From the NCBI GenBank assembly GCA_963849155.1, contig CAWKGL010000003.1, positions 32,123-96,122 on the forward strand: DNA of 64,000 nt. Reading direction: 5' to 3'. Positions 63,663-64,000 of the stretch are shown in pieces. This stretch comes from an uncultured Acidimicrobiaceae bacterium. Lineage in GTDB: Bacteria > Actinomycetota > Acidimicrobiia > Acidimicrobiales > RAAP-2. Within the stretch, counting starts at the first letter, position 1; every line of letters starts with the position of its first letter. Under the pieces are notes generated by a model. That model had not been told where the DNA came from, did no database searches, and saw only the letters and a list, made by a program, of their open reading frames with translations. The position numbers were made by a program, and so were the translations under genes.

Positions 63663-64000
63663 GTGGAGAACGAGAGTCCCTACAAGCGCTGGCGGCGTGC
63701 CTACGAGGCGTCGACGCTGCGCGCCGAGAACTTCACGACCATGTCCGGGGTCCCACTCGAGCCGGTCTACGGTCCCGACGACGGCGAGTTCCCGGGTGAG
63801 TATCCCTACACCCGCGGCGTGCACCCATCGATGTACCGTTCGCGACTGTGGACCATGCGGATGTTCGCGGGCTTTGGGACGGCCCTCGACACCAACGCGC
63901 GCTTCAAGGAGATAATCCGAGCGGGCGGCACCGGTCTGTCGACGGCCTTTGACATGCCGACCCTGCTCGGACTCGATTCGGACGACCCCATGGCCCTGGG
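63663..64000 (+). CDS. Methylmalonyl-CoA mutase family, N-terminal (large subunit), 3'-truncated by the window edge
   Basis: Not in the ORF track. A GGAGGTGA SD precedes GTG 63663, and my translation reads ...[47 protein letters not shown]...[14 protein letters not shown]. Confidence 0.92.
   Translation, partial: MENESPYKRWRRAYEASTLRAENFTTMSGVPLEPVYGPDDGEFPGEYPYTRGVHPSMYRSRLWTMRMFAGFGTALDTNARFKEIIRAGGTGLSTAFDMPTLLGLDSDDPMAL

Noticed and set aside
1-64000. Very frequent TCGA/CTCGAG words
   Set aside because: They are explained by codon pairs such as CTC-GAG and GTC-GAC in this genome's codon usage. No positional pattern was seen.

Overview
High-GC actinobacterial chromosome segment. Gene content and order suggest an Acidimicrobiia-like organism (inference). 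About 28 kb (34434 down to 6118, minus strand) is one co-directional run of 27 mostly overlapping housekeeping genes in the familiar actinobacterial order: npdG, mshC, thrS, HIT, pgsA, patA, pimA, a degenerate M48 gene, pdxST, yebC, ruvCAB, yajC, secDF, rel, hisS, aspS, rarA, alaS, ruvX, mltG, aroE, rodA, DUF151. To its left are menF (partial), ppm1, a flippase-like gene, ppk1 and a second SEDS gene. The right half carries fabI, transporters, a small AT-richer islet at the 3' end of tRNA-Val(CAC) (a frameshifted small gene plus an XRE-HTH/nucleotidyltransferase pair with its own operator), murT/gatD, a LysR gene, alkA, peptidases, an 11.4-kb gene for a 3799-aa repeat surface protein ending in an OmpA-like domain, divergent trpG/trpE, and the start of a methylmalonyl-CoA mutase. 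The best leads are: (1) an ~89-nt 6C-type small RNA with a complete promoter and terminator, transcribed divergently from the LysR gene, with two ATC-N9-GAT boxes at the canonical LysR-family positions; (2) the giant disulfide-rich repeat protein with an OmpA-like anchor in a presumed monoderm; (3) the tRNA-linked HTH/NTase toxin-antitoxin-like module; (4) rarA lacking a canonical start codon; (5) a catalytically dead HtpX-like gene. No CRISPR array, integrase or transposase was seen. All calls come from reading the sequence and recalling family motifs; no database searches were run.
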